Shown piece by piece: positions 19,108 to 31,999 of a DNA stretch of 39,763 bases (the first letter of the stretch is position 1; the number at the start of each line of letters is the position of its first letter). Location: positions 12,860,316 through 12,900,078 of the forward strand of contig NC_092384.1 in the NCBI RefSeq assembly GCF_030028105.1, read 5' to 3'. Position numbers and translations under genes: made by a program. The notes below the pieces were generated by a model. The model saw only the letters and a program-made list of their open reading frames with translations. It ran no database searches and was not told the DNA's origin. The stretch is from Mobula birostris (taxonomy: Eukaryota).

Positions 19108-20367
19108 CTGCAAGTAAAATACAATGGACAAAATTTTCATTGATAAATAGGAATTGCAGAAACACTTCAGATATTTTTTAATTCATTATTTAGTGTGCTG
19201 GTACTACCAAACATTTTGATCCATCTAATATATGTTGCAGCATCATTAAGATGATTATAGGACTACTAAAATTGTCCCGTGTCCAGGGACTACTAAAGAC
19301 TGAGGATATCAGGCAAAATTCCCAGTTCTGACATTGTTAATTATGAAGTTGTCTGTGTGAAGTACTTAGTTATAGTGTGATCAGGAATTAGAAGTTTGGC
19401 TATTGTTACACATGGAGAAGGGGACTTAGAATGAAACATACAAAAGGTGATGCAATTTTTCTGTGTTCTCCAGAGTAGAATGTCGGAAGTCCAAACCTGA
19501 GCTTCTTTGTCAGTTAGTGAAAACCATTCAAAGTGAATGGTAGTTCTCTGCAACTAAAGTACTTTAAAATGTATTTCCTGCTACTCTTTGAGAATCAATT
19601 ATTGTACTCATGCCACTGTTCCATGAACAACAAAATAAATACATGTAAATTAGGTGACCTAATCTGATAGCGGCTTTCAATCATTTTGAATGTGGGATAA
19701 ACATTGATGAAGGATTAGACAGGAATTAAGCTGTTTCTGTTAAAATGTTATATCAATTATTTGGATTCACTTGAGAGAACAATGAAAACACAATTCAAAA
19801 TCACAAATGACTGACATTGAGTACTCCTTTACAGTCAGTTGTAATACAAGATCTTGTGTTAGAATCTCTTTCTTGTTACAATGGCATATTATAAAGAGTC
19901 GGTGTTTCAGGCTGACACCCTGCATCAGGTCAGGCACTGTTGCACTTATTCAAAAACCACTCAAAATGAATGAAAATGCTCTGTAACATTCCAGATTCTA
20001 TAAAATTTAAATTACCAAAATAAGGAAATTGGAGATCAGAGGCATTAAGTGACTATGTTTCAATACGAGAGTGATTACAGGAGCTCTTTATGCATTTATT
20101 GGGATGGGCAACAGATGCTGCGCTTTACAGTGACACCCACTTTTATGGAAATGAACATATAGAGGAAATAGTATGTAGGTTATTAAAATCTTAACTTAAA
20201 TCTAAGAATCCGTGTTTTTAAAGGAATTGGCAGTAAACAGAAATTCAAGCTTCCTGGAAGTAGATTTATGGTGGAGATTTAAGAATTTTAGGACATACAG
20301 CATAAAGCAATATTTAACAGGATGAAGGTCGTGGATTCAGTAAAGGATAAGAGGCAAAATTTGTTGA

Positions 20368-21060
20368 TTTTCTTTTTTATTCTTTTTGGTAATTTTTTTT
20401 ATTGAAATTCATCATCAAACAAGCATTCCCATAAGGTGGATTTCCCATATTGTACATATATATAATATAGTCATATATGCCACAAATCACATAATATTTA
20501 TCTGGGATATACACTTATAGAAAAGAGAGGAAAGAAAAGACAAGCAAAAGGAGAAAACTGTACAAGTAGGGAGTGATCTTTTTTTTTACAACATATTAAT
20601 TGATTTGTGAGAATAAAATCAGACCTATGAGGTGTTATGCAGTTAAACCATTTTTCCCAGTATGAATCAAATTGTTGCAACTTACGATTAACAGATGCTG
20701 TTATCTTTTCCATTTTGTAAATGTCCATTGTAATTTCCATCCATGCATTTAAAGTTGGGCTCTCCTGTGATAACCATTTCCTGGCAAGAGTCTTCTTACC
20801 AGCCACCAGCATTATATTCATTAAATATTTATCTCTCTTCAACAAATATCTTGACGTATAAACCCAAAATATATGGTCTTACTTTCTAAGGTATTTCACA
20901 TTTAAAGATGTCTTGTAGGGCATTATGCATCCCACTCCAATAGTCTTCGATAACAGGGCATTCCCAGAAAATATAATAATGGTTTGCATTTTGATTTCCA
21001 CATTTTCTCCAGCAAACAGGGAGGTTACTATTATAATAGGATTTCTGAGAGGGTGTAACT
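20368..21060 (-). mobile_element. L1 LINE 3' end (ORF2 C-terminus, 3' UTR, poly-A)
   Basis: TPSQKS...CWRKCGNQNANHYYIFWECP (Cys/His domain); reverse-complement homolog of 22690-23370; T-rich tail at about 20368-20402. Confidence 0.85.
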
Positions 21061-21099
21061 GTGATGTGGTCCTGAATTACCCCTATGAACTGTACTTTT

Positions 21100-23370
21100 G
21101 ACAAGAGAGAGAGATCACATTATGGATCATATAAAAAAAAAATTGAAGCAATAGTGATAAGCGTGGATGCTAAAAAGGCATTTGATTCGGTTAATTTGAA
21201 TTTTCTTTACAGAATTTTACATACACTTGGTCTACATGACACAATTATTCAAACTATACAGGCACTATACGACAATCCTACTGCCAGGATTAAAATTAAT
21301 GGATATTAATCTAATAGTTTAACCCTAGAAAGGGGCATGAGACAGGGTTGTGCATGGTCACCGCTACTCTTCACATTATATCTGGAACCATTAGCTCAAT
21401 ACATCAGACAAAATGAAGATATCAGGGGAATTACTATTAAAGGGACAGAATAAATTGGCCTGTTACGCGGGTGACATTTTGATCTATCTAGGACAACCAA
21501 CATACTCTTTACCTAAATTGATGCAATCCTTTGAATAATATGGCCGATTATCAGGATACAAGATCAACATAGATAAAAACCCAACTGCTTTCATATAACT
21601 ATAGCCCACCAAGAGAAATAGAAAGTAGATATCCTTGGGCATGGCAAACAGAGTCCATCAAATATTTGGGCATCATTATGCCAAAAGATTTGGCAAAATT
21701 ATCATAATGCAATTATCAGCCTATATATAAAAAAATTGAGGAAGATATAACAAGCTGGAACCTAATTCCTTTTCTTGGTCTATTAAACTGAATATATTGC
21801 CCAGACTACTATATCTCTTTCAGACCCTACCAATAGAGATTAACCAAAATCAATTCAATGAATGGAACAAGATGCTATCAAGATATATATGGCAAGGTAA
21901 AAGGCCTAGGGTTCATCTCAAAACTTTGAAATTAGCCAAGAGAAAGGGGCTGGGGCCTAACTTCTCTTAGGGATTATTATTTTGCAGCACAGTTGAGCGC
22001 CGTGATATGCAGTGCAACCCATCATATGATGTTGAATGGAAAAACATTGAGGAGAGGATACTTTCCATCCCCATGCAGGCAATTTTGGCTGATAGCAACC
22101 TACAAAGTTACATGAATAATATTGACAACCCGTGGGTGAAATGGACTCTTAAAATATGGAAAACTATTATAAAAGAACATAAACTAGAGAGAGACATTGC
22201 AATTCTTAAATGGTGTGCATATGACTTGGATTTTACGCCAAATAAACTGGATGCTAGATTTAAGGACTGGACAGCTAAAGGAAAAACAGCTATTTGCAAT
22301 ATAATGAAAGAAGGAACACTGTTCAGTTTTGAAATGCTCAAAGAGAAACACTTATTAGAAAAAAAGACTTTTACTGGTACTTACAGATGTGACAGTACGT
22401 TAATAGGATGATTAAAAATGTAACCAAGGCAAGTACATGTCTGATGGAGCTATTTAGAAAAGCATATACTTCAGACAACGGTAGTTGTTTGTAGAATAAT
22501 TTCAAGCATGTATAAGGGTTTGTGAAATCTTAAAACACATTCAACTTCACACATTAAAACAAAATGGGAGAGGGAAGGAGGGATAATAATATCTGAGGAA
22601 GACTGGACAATAATATGGAGGTATCAATGGAAGTGTACCAGTTCACAGAAATGGAGGGAGTTTGGGTGGAAAAACTTGATAAGATATTTTATTACACCCT
22701 CTCAGAAATCCCATTATGATAGTAACCCCCCTGTTTGCTGGAGAGATTGTGGAAATCAAAATGTAAACCATTATCATATTTTCCGTGAAATCCCCGTTAT
22801 CAAAGACTATTGGAGTGGGATACATAATGCCCTACAAGACGTCTTTAAATGTGAAATACCCTTAGATGGTAAGACCATATATTTTGGGTATATACCTCAA
22901 GAACAGTTGAGAAGAGATAACTTCTTAATAAATATACTGCTGGTGGCTGGTAAAAAGACCCTTACCAGGAAATAGTTATCACAGGAGAGCCCAACTTTGA
23001 ATGTTTGAATGGAAATTACAATGGACATTTACAAAATGGAGAAGATAGCTGCATCTGTTAATCATAAGTTGGAACTATTTTATGCATACTGGAAAAAAAA
23101 AGGTTTAACTACAAAACACCTCATAGGCCTGATTTTATTCTCACAAGTAAATGAATATGTTGTAAGAAAAAATCACTCCCAACTCCGTACGTAGTTTTCT
23201 TCGATTGTTCTTTCTTTCCTCTCCTTTTTTATAAGTGTATACCTCAGATAAATATTATGTGGAGATTTGTGACAAATATGATTATATGATATATATGTAC
23301 AGTATCTGAAATACATCTTATGGAAATGTTTGTTTGATGAAATTCGATAAAAAATAAATTACAAAAAAAA
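21100..23370 (+). mobile_element. L1 LINE, 5'-truncated within RT, with poly-A
   Basis: ISVDAKKAFDSV, decayed RQGCxxSPLLF, CWRDCGNQNVNHYHIF, ends AAATTAC(A)n; multiple stops and frameshifts. Confidence 0.9.
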
Positions 23371-25150
23371 AGAACGGATATTGGTCTAAATGACCCACAT
23401 TCCATTTTATCCTTGCCGTCTTTTGCTATAGCTGAGATTATAGCTTCCTTCTAGCTGAATGGCATTTGTGACTTTTTAGAGCCCTGTTCAGTGTGGAGAA
23501 TAAGGCAGGAATTAACTCATTTTAAAATTTTTTGTACCACTCTGCCATATACCCATCTGATCCTGGTGACTTGCTTAATTTAAGCCTACTAATTGCAGCT
23601 TTTAGTTCAACTTCAGTTATGCCAGCAGTCATTGTTCTATTTTATTCTTTGTTTAAAGTGGGTAACTCTGGAGAATTCAGGAAGGTGTCAATTTGGGTTC
23701 TGGTTTCCCCTGGAGCTTTGGAATATAGAGTTTTGTAAGACACTTCAAAAGCTTCTTAAATTTCACTTAGCTTATTTTTTTTTATCATTTTTGTTCTTGG
23801 ATCCCTAATTCTATGAATTATATTTTCTACTATCTTTTTTACCCCAGGTTCCGTGCCAGTATTTTCATAGACTTAGATCCACTTTCATAATGTCTCTGTT
23901 TCAGAAACATTAAATTTTTCCTGATTTCTTGCGTAGCCAAACTATTAATTTCATTCCTATTTTCTTTTAAATTTCCTCTAATGTATCCTGTGCCAAGTTC
24001 AATTTTTCTTGTTTTTCTAGTTCCTTCAGCCTATTTTGTAATTCCTCTAATGTTTTATTCCTTATATTTTTCTTATATGAAGATATCGTTATAATTTTCC
24101 TCTTAAGAGTATCCCATAGAGTGGGAGGTGAAACCTCTCCATTATCATTGAATTCTAAGTAAAGACCAATTTCTTTTTTAACTTGTTCATTAAATTAGGG
24201 ATCATTGAGTGGTTTGAATTCAGTTTCCAAATTCAGTTTTGGTTGTAGGTCAAAATCAACAGATAAATATATAGGTGCATGGTCACTTACACCTATTGTC
24301 CCAATTCCACAAGTGTTCATTTTGTCTTTGTCTTTTCCAAATGCTATGAAATAATCTATTCTTGTATATACAGAATGGGGGGCAGAATAAAGAGTGTAAT
24401 CTCTTCTGTCTGGGAAAAGGTCCCTGCATATATCAATTGGACCAACATCCTCAAAAAGGATTTTGTTTCATAGGTTTTTCTATTGGAAGAGTCTAACTTT
24501 GGTTGCAATTGTGAATTTAAGGCTCACCCTCAAATCAGGAGACCTTCTGTTTCCATTAGCATAATATGAGTAATTTTCTGAAAGAATCTAATATCACTTC
24601 CTGGGGGTGCATATATATTCAATAGAGTAACTGAATTTCCGTCTATGCTCCCCCTTACCAGAATATATCTACCCTCCTTATCTCCCATTTCGAATACTTT
24701 TTCAAAATTTAGCTTGCTTGAGATAAGAATAGCAACTCCTCTCCTATGTCCTGATTTATATGAGGAGAAAAACAAATTAGCGAAGCCCATTCTCTTTAGT
24801 TTTCCATGCTCATTATCACCTGTGAGTTTCCTGTAAATATACTACATGGGCTTGTTCTTATTTTTATTTGGATAGAGTTTTACTGCGTTTGATTGAATTT
24901 AACAGCCCATTGACATTAAAAGAAATTTTACTTTGTCCTTAGCCATGTGTATTTATCTGTCAATGTGTCATTGAAATTAGCAGAATAAAACTTAATCAAT
25001 CTACTCCCTGAACAAATAAGAACCAAGAAATGCGAGTAATTTAAAAAAAGGTAATGAAGGTGTGATTCCAAAGCTAAGGTCTCTAGTTGATGACCCTGGG
25101 TTGAGCTAGAGGAAACGTCTAGCCGTGGGTGATAGCCCCTCCTAAAACTT
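23371..25150 (-). mobile_element. L1 LINE 5' ORF2 part (EN to RT motif 1) plus inter-ORF spacer
   Basis: ATG at 24946 (MAKDKVK...NVNGL), RRGVAILI, LLNIYAPP; ends at GSFRPISVL at about 23370. The upstream limit is approximate. Confidence 0.85.
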
Positions 25151-25799
25151 TGTTGATTTTCAAGGACAGAAAAGATGGAATGTCAGGTTTATATAGAAAT
25201 TCAGTCTTAAAGAGACAAGAGGACAAAAGAGGACAGGAGGAGAGCAGGGGCAAAATCAAATCACCCTGAAATTGCCCTGAAACATTCAATGTCCTTTAAA
25301 CATCTGATAAGTCTACCCACATAATAACTTGTGTCTTGTAGTTGAATATTAAAGAACCAGTCGACTGAGTTGTTTTACGTGTATTTATTCCTGCAAATTG
25401 GTAATTATAGTTTAATATCCCTTGACTTAAAGGATTAACAGCACAGTGAAAATTCAAGTTTTAAAATGCTAGCAGGTCCCTGAAGTTACAAACACACTCT
25501 CAAAGGAAGAAACAGCATTAAAGTAATGGCTTGGTTGTGAGGAAATAAGATAAACAACAATGGAGGAAACAGGTGGTAGAGTCTGATAAATGTGATTAAT
25601 AACTTGTAACCTTCTTTGTCACTGTCCTTGTACATAGCTTCAATGTCAAAATACAGGATACAGGAGTCATGAGTTCAAAACATAAGTGGGCTAGGACACA
25701 ATAGATAAAGCTCTTGTACATCCCTGTAAATGGAAAATAGAGCTTAATGATCAATCAATGAATGCCTTGATAAATGTAAGGATTTTAGGATTAAAGGGT

Positions 25800-25930
25800 G
25801 TAAACCTCCTCCTCACCAATCCTGTCACTTACAGATATGGGTGTTCCTGAGGCACATACATCTGTCACGCATAGCATTGGTATAAGTGACCACAGCACGG
25901 TTGTCATGGAGACTAACCTCCTTATTTGCA
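25800..25930 (+). mobile_element. Relic of a LINE APE endonuclease C-terminus
   Basis: Frames give LLLTNP...SVTHSIGISDHSTV, resembling the LDLxLTN...SDH motif pair. Confidence 0.45.
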
Positions 25931-26398
25931 TTTCCCCTCTCCCTACAATTATGATTATGTTGGGGCTTAACACTGATTCAGTGAGGAGTGCAGAAGGGCA
26001 TGCTCATCCAAAAATGATAACTGCAGCGACAAACTACACTCACACTAAACAGCAAACTAGCATGAAACCGACAGAGCTAAGCAATCTCAAATAAGCAGAT
26101 CCAACAAGTTCTGCAGTCCTACTAAATCTACTTGTGAATGGAAATAACAGAGTCTCAAAGACAACATGCTTAGCATATGACTGCTGGAGTCATGGCTACA
26201 TCCAGTCAGAAGTGCCAAATAGGTAATCCTTCCATCTAAAATCCCAGGACATGCCCCCTTCTCATTGTCAATGTTGGAAAGGAGGTACAGAAGCCAGAAG
26301 GCACACAACAAGTGATTCAGTAACAACTTCTTCCCTTGTACATCTAATTTCTAAATGGACATTGAACCCATGAGCAGGACCTCACTACTTCTTTTTTA

Positions 26399-26900
26399 AC
26401 CATATAACATATAACAATTACAGCACGGAAACAGGTCACCTTGGCCCTTCTAGTCCATGCCGAACTCTTACTCCCACCTAGACCCACCGACCTGCACTCA
26501 GCCCATAACCCTCCATTCCTTTCCTGTCCATATAGCTGTCCAATTTAACATTAAATGACAACACCAAACCTGCCTCAACCACTTCTGCTGGAAGCTCGTT
26601 CCACATAGCTACCACTCTCTGAGTAAAGAAGTTCCCCCTCATGTTACCCCTAAACTTTTGCCCTTTAACTCTCAACTCATGTCCTCTTGTTTGAATCTCC
26701 CCCACTTTCAATGGAAAAAGCCTATCCACGTCAACTCTATCTATCCCCCTCATAATTTTAAATATCTCTATCAAGTCCCCCCCTCAACCTTCTACGCTCC
26801 AAAGAATAAAAACCTAATTTGTTCAACCTTTCTCTGTAACTTAGGAGATGAACCCAGGCAACATTTTAGTAGATCTCCTCTGTACTCTCTCAATTTTATT
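26399..26900 (-). mobile_element. CR1 host C, 3' part
   Basis: ORF 26478-26774 (KIMRGIDRVD, RGNFFTQRVV); tail CATATAACATATAAC at about 26401-26415. Confidence 0.9.
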
Positions 26901-29082
26901 AGAAACATAGAAACATAGAAAATAGGAGCAGGTGTAGGCCATTCGGCCCTTCGATCCTGCACCGCCATTCAGTATGATCATGGCTGGCCATCCAACTCAG
27001 AACCCTGTACCTGCCTTCTCTCCATACCCCCGATCCCTTTAGCCGCAAGGGCCATATCCAACTTCCTCTTAAATATAGCCAATGAATTGGCCTCAACTGT
27101 TTCCTGTGGCAGAGAATTCCACAGATTCACCACTCTCTCTGTGAAGAAGTTTTCCTCATCTCGGTCCTAATAGGCCTCCCCTTTATCCTTAAACTGCGAC
27201 CCCTCGTTCTGGACTTCCCCAACATCGGGAACAATCTTCCTGCATCTAGCCTGTCCAATCCCTTTAGAATTTTATACGTTTCAATAAGATCCCCCCTCAA
27301 TCTTCTAAATTCCAGTGAGTATAAGCCCAGTCAATCCAGTTTTTCTTCATATGAAAGTCCTGCCATCCCAGGAATCAATCTGGTGAACATTCTTTGTACT
27401 CCCTCTATGGAAAGAATGTCTTTCTTCAGATTAGGGGACCAAAACTGCACACAATACTCCAGGTGTGGTCTCACCGAGGCCTTGTACAACTGCAGTAGAA
27501 TCTCCCTGCTCCTGTACTCGAATCCTCTTGCTATGAATGCCAGCATACCATTCGCCTTTTTCACCGCCTGCTGTATCTGCATGCCCACTTTCAATGACCC
27601 GTGTACAATGACACCCAGGTCTCGTTGCAACTCCCCTTTTCCTAATCAGCCACCATTCAGATAATAATTTGTTTTCCTGTTCTTGCCACCAAAGTGGATA
27701 ACCTCACATTTATCCACATTAAATTGCATCTGCCATGAATTTGCCCACTCACCTAACCTATCCAAGTCATCCTGCATCCTCTTGGCATCCTCCTCACAGC
27801 TAACACTGCCGCCCAGCTTCGCATCATCTGCCAACTTAGAGACGCTGCATTTAATTCCCTCATCTAAGGCATTAATATATATTGTAAACAACTGGGGTCC
27901 CAGCACTGAGCCTTGCGGTACCCCACTAGTCACTGCCTGCCATTCTGAAAAGGTCCTGTTTATTCCCACTCTTTGCTTCCTGTCTGCCAACCAATTCTCT
28001 ATCCACATCAATGCCATACCCCCAATACCATGTGCTTTAAGTTTGCACACTAATCTCCTGTGTGGGACCTTGTCAAAAGCCTTCTGAAAATCCAAATATA
28101 CCACATCCACTCCCATCCACTCTACTAGTTACATCCTCAAAAATTTCTATAAGATTCGTCAGACATGATTTTCCTTTCACAAATCCATGCTGACTTTGTC
28201 CGATGATTTCACCTCCTTCCTAATGTGCTGTTATCACATCTTTGATAAATGACTCTAGCATTTTCCCCACCACTGATGTTAGGCTAACCGGTCTATAATT
28301 CCTTGGTTTCTCTCTCCCCGCTTTTTTAAAAAGTGGGGTTACATTAGCCACCCTCCAATCTTCATGAACTAATCCAGAATTTAAAGCATTTTGAAAAATT
28401 ATCACTAATGCATCCAATATTTCTTGGGCTACTTCCTTAAGCACTCTGGGATGCAGACCATCTGGCCCTGGAGATTTATCTGCAGTTAATCCCTTCAATT
28501 TACCTAACACTACTTCCCTACTAACATGTATTTCCCTCAGTTCCTCCATCTCACTACACCCTCGATCCCCTACTATTTCCTGAAGATTATTTATGTCCTC
28601 CTTAGTGAAGACAGAACCAAAGTAGTTATTCAATTGGTCTGCCATGTCCTTGCTCCCCATGATCAATTCACCTGTTTCTGACTGTAAGGGACCTACATTT
28701 GTCTTAACCAATCTTTTTCTTTTTACATATCTATAAAAGCTTTTACAGTCAGTTTTTATATTCCCTGCCAGCTTTCTCTCAACCTTTTTTCCCCTTTCTT
28801 AATTAAGCCTTTTGTCCTCCTCTGCTGGACTCTGAATTTCTCCCAGTCCTCAGGTGTGTCGCTTTTTCTGGTTAATTTGTATGTTTCTTCTTTGGAATTG
28901 ATACTATCCCTAATTTCCCTTGTCAGCCACAGGTGCACTACCTTCCCTGGTTTATTCTTTTGCCAAACTGGGATGAACAATTGTTGTAGTTCATCCATGC
29001 GATCTTTAAATGCTTGCCTTTGCATTTCCACCGTCAATCCTTTAAGTGTCATTTGCCAGTCTATCTTAGCTAATTCATGTCT
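26901..29082 (-). mobile_element. Young CR1 family Y, 2.2-kb 5'-truncated copy nested in host C
   Basis: Colinear reverse complement of about 10925-12860 plus the 3' end; (AGAAACAT)n tail from 26901; TTATT duplicated at 26896-26900 and 29082-29086. Confidence 0.95.
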
Positions 29083-29675
29083 TATTGACATCCTTCCTAT
29101 AATACGGTGACCAGAACTGTACATAATACTCCAAATTTGGCCTCACCAATGCCTTATACAATTTCAACATTACATCCCAACTCCTATACTCAATGCTCTG
29201 ATTTATAAAGGCCAGCATACCAAAAGCTTTCTTCACCACCCTATCCACATGAGATTCCACCTTCAGGGAACTATGCACCATTATTCCTAGATCCCTCTGT
29301 TCTACTGCATTCTTCAATGCCCTACTATTTGCCATGTATGTCCTATTTTGATTAGTCCTACCAAAATGTAGCACCTCACATTTTTCAGCATTAAACTCCA
29401 TCTGCCATCTTTCAGTCCACTTTTCTAACTGGCCTAAATCTCTCTGCAAGCTTTGAAAACCTACTTCATTATCCACAACTCCACCTATCTTCGTATCAAC
29501 TGCATACTTACTAATCCAGTTTACCACCCCATCATCCAGATCATTAATATATATGACAAATAACATTGGACCCAGTACAGAACCCTGAGGCACACCGCTA
29601 GTCACCGGCCTCCAATCTGACAAACAGTTATCCACCACTACTCTCTGGCGTCTCCCATCCAGCCACTGCTGAATC
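29083..29675 (-). mobile_element. CR1 host C, 5' part (RT)
   Basis: ORF 29075-29701: QRVVV...SGVPQGSVLGPMLF...YAVD...RPNLEYYVQFW; continues into 26895 once the insert is removed. Confidence 0.9.
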
Positions 29676-29739
29676 CTTTTTATTTCTGTTTTTCTTTGCA
29701 CTAATTTTAACTTAACTATTTAATAGACATATAAATACT

Positions 29740-29862
29740 TACTGCTATTGCTTTTTTCCTCTATATTTGGTAATCATGTATTTCATTGTACTGCTGCAGT
29801 AAAGTTAACAAATTTCACGACATATGCCGGTGATATTAAACCTGATTCTGGTTCTGATTCTG
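29740..29862 (+). mobile_element. Short LINE/SINE 3' tail
   Basis: Ends ...GATATTAAACCTGATTCTGGTTCTGATTCTGA, a (TTCTGA)n-type tail; family not determined. Confidence 0.45.
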
Positions 29863-30154
29863 ATCACAGAAGCAAACCTTCATCAATTCAGCTCTCTCCA
29901 AATATCAGGAAATGTCTGAGAGCCGTTGATACACTGGACACTTTGCCTTTAAATATCCCTCACCTAATCTGAAAACCCAGTGTTTGCCATGGATGTATCC
30001 AATTTACATTCTCTTTTACTTTGAGCAGCTCATGAGGGAAAAAAGTCACGTAAATCAAAATGTTGATGCTGAAGCCCATAATAACGGAATGGTTAATTCA
30101 CTAAATTCTTGAATGATATAAACATAGTCTCATTGAAAAGAGATTGTTTCTTAC

Positions 30155-30265
30155 CTTTGTGCTTACATAATTTATAGCATAGTATTGTTAAAAAAATCAA
30201 AAGCAGTACAAGAATTCCTCCACAAAGATAAATCCACCAGGGAAGATGGAAAATGTTGCTGGTGT
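30155..30265 (-). CDS. Stalk and transmembrane exon of the Ig C1-TM receptor
   Basis: Acceptor tgctttccag|AC and donor AAAG|gtaaga, phase 1-1, 111 nt; (D)TSNIFHLPWWIYLCGGILVLLLIFLTILCYKLCKHK, a 22-aa hydrophobic helix followed by a basic stop-transfer. Confidence 0.85.
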
Positions 30266-30579
30266 CTGGAAAGCAGATACAAAAAGGAGAAATGAAGTCA
30301 CGCATTCTCTCATGCAAATGAATCAGGAGGTCACCAATTTCTGAGAGCTCTACACAAAGTATATGTATTATGAATTTAAGTTTCCTGTGCAACAAAAGCA
30401 CTAATGGTCAAACTAACATCTTATTTATGGAAGATAAATGTTAGCACAATGAGGTCTCATTCAAAAAGAATTTACCTCATCAGCTTTAAAATCTCAGTCA
30501 GGTTCTTGCTTGCTGTAGCTCAAAACATTTCAAGAGTTAGGTGAGGATTTGTAATCCATGTTAAAGGTCAATACAACAC

Positions 30580-30900
30580 TGCAACCAGCAGTGTTCCTAT
30601 GGTTCAGCTCCAGAGACTCGGAGTCAATCGTAAACCATCATGCTGACTCTATGTTGTTTGCACAGTTTCTCTATGACCAATAAGCTTTTCTCAGGTGTTC
30701 CACTTTCCTCCCACACCACAAGGATATGCAGGTTGTTAGGTTTACTAATTACCGTACATTGATCTAGAGTGTAAGCAAGTGGTGGTTGGGGATGGGGCTG
30801 CGGTTGAGAGGAATGTAAAATATGGGAGAAGGAAAATATGAGATTAATGTAATTGGATGCCAGAGGATTGACTGTCTCACTGAGCCAAAGGGCCACTTTC
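30580..30900 (+). mobile_element. Decayed V-SINE (HE1-like)
   Basis: B-box remnant, then ...TTTTCTCAGGTGTTCCACTTTCCTCCCACACCACAAGGATATGCAGGTTGTTAGG, recognised as the V-SINE central domain from family knowledge. Confidence 0.6.
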
Positions 30901-31019
30901 TGTGCTCGATGTGTACGATTGATCTCAAAGAATGGAAGTACAAGGCTGGCAATGAGAGGCAAATAAAAAAAGCATATTATGCCCTCAGTTCATTGAATCA
31001 TACAGGATGTATGATGGGT

Positions 31020-31270
31020 GGTTGGTCCTTCATCCAAAGTTCACACCAACCACCCATCAACTGTATCTACCCTACTCACATTTTATTTCCCCAAATTCCC
31101 CCACCCAAGATTCTCCCACTCATTTACACAACAGAAGTCATTTCCCATTGTCATTTGACCTACCATCCTGCACCTCTTTAGAATGTGGGAGGATACTGGA
31201 ATATGCCCAGAGGAAACGCATGCAATTAGAGAAAGACTCTGCGAACTCTGCACAGACAGCACCAGAGATG
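31020..31270 (-). mobile_element. Decayed V-SINE (HE1-like), inverted relative to 30580-30900
   Basis: Minus strand GGTGCTGTCTGTGCAGAGTTCGCA...TCCTCCCACATTCTAAAGAGGTGCAGGATGGTAGG. Confidence 0.65.
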
Positions 31271-31999
31271 TTTAGATAGGCACATGAATGTGAAGAAAAT
31301 AGAACTAGATGGACATTGTGTAAGGAGAGGGGATTAGTTAGGTTGGCTGTTTAATTACTAATTTAATTGGTTCAGCACAACATTGTGAGCTGAAGGAGCT
31401 ATCCCCATGCTTTACATACTTTTTTCTATGTAATAATAAATTGTAAATAAAATAACAAAACATTTGCCATAGTGGCAACATTTTGCCAAATCTTCTATTT
31501 TTAAAGAAATTATGGAAACATTGGTAGAAAATTACAACCAATTGGAATGTGGAAGCGAGTAAACCTTTCCCCTTGAACTCTCAAAATGATGCATCTTAGT
31601 CCAGCTGCTCTTTATCTTGGTATATACAAAATACATGAGAACATAAGAAATTAGAATGATTGGGTCATCTGGCCCCAAAAGCCTGTCATGTTATTCCATT
31701 CACAATTCTTCTTCTGTATCAGTACAATAATGGCCTTAATTCTCTGATTTTTCAAAATATCATCCACCTCCTCCTCAGATATCTCCAGTGATCTAGCCTT
31801 CTCATCCCTTCCTGAGTGAATTCCAGAAAGACACCATCCACTGTAATAAAAAAAACTTCAACATCAGATTTAAATGATCATTCCTTATCTTGTATCTCTG
31901 TTCCCATATTCAAACTCAAGTGGAAATATCTGCTTAGGATTTTACATGCTGCTCCTCAATAGATGACTATTAATCAAAAGCACAATTATCACCTTAATT

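Noticed and set aside
25791-25973. Minus ORF ending EEEVYTL (ITIM-like) with a GTAAGT donor inside the TM-tail intron
   Set aside because: Antisense to a LINE endonuclease relic, and no pyrimidine-rich acceptor in a compatible phase.
26901-26920. Short tandem repeats (AGAAACAT)n, (TTCTATGT)n, (CTTTATA)n as satellites or CRISPR-like arrays
   Set aside because: Only 2-3 units, each at a LINE 3' end; these are ordinary CR1/L2/Rex1 tails with no spacers.
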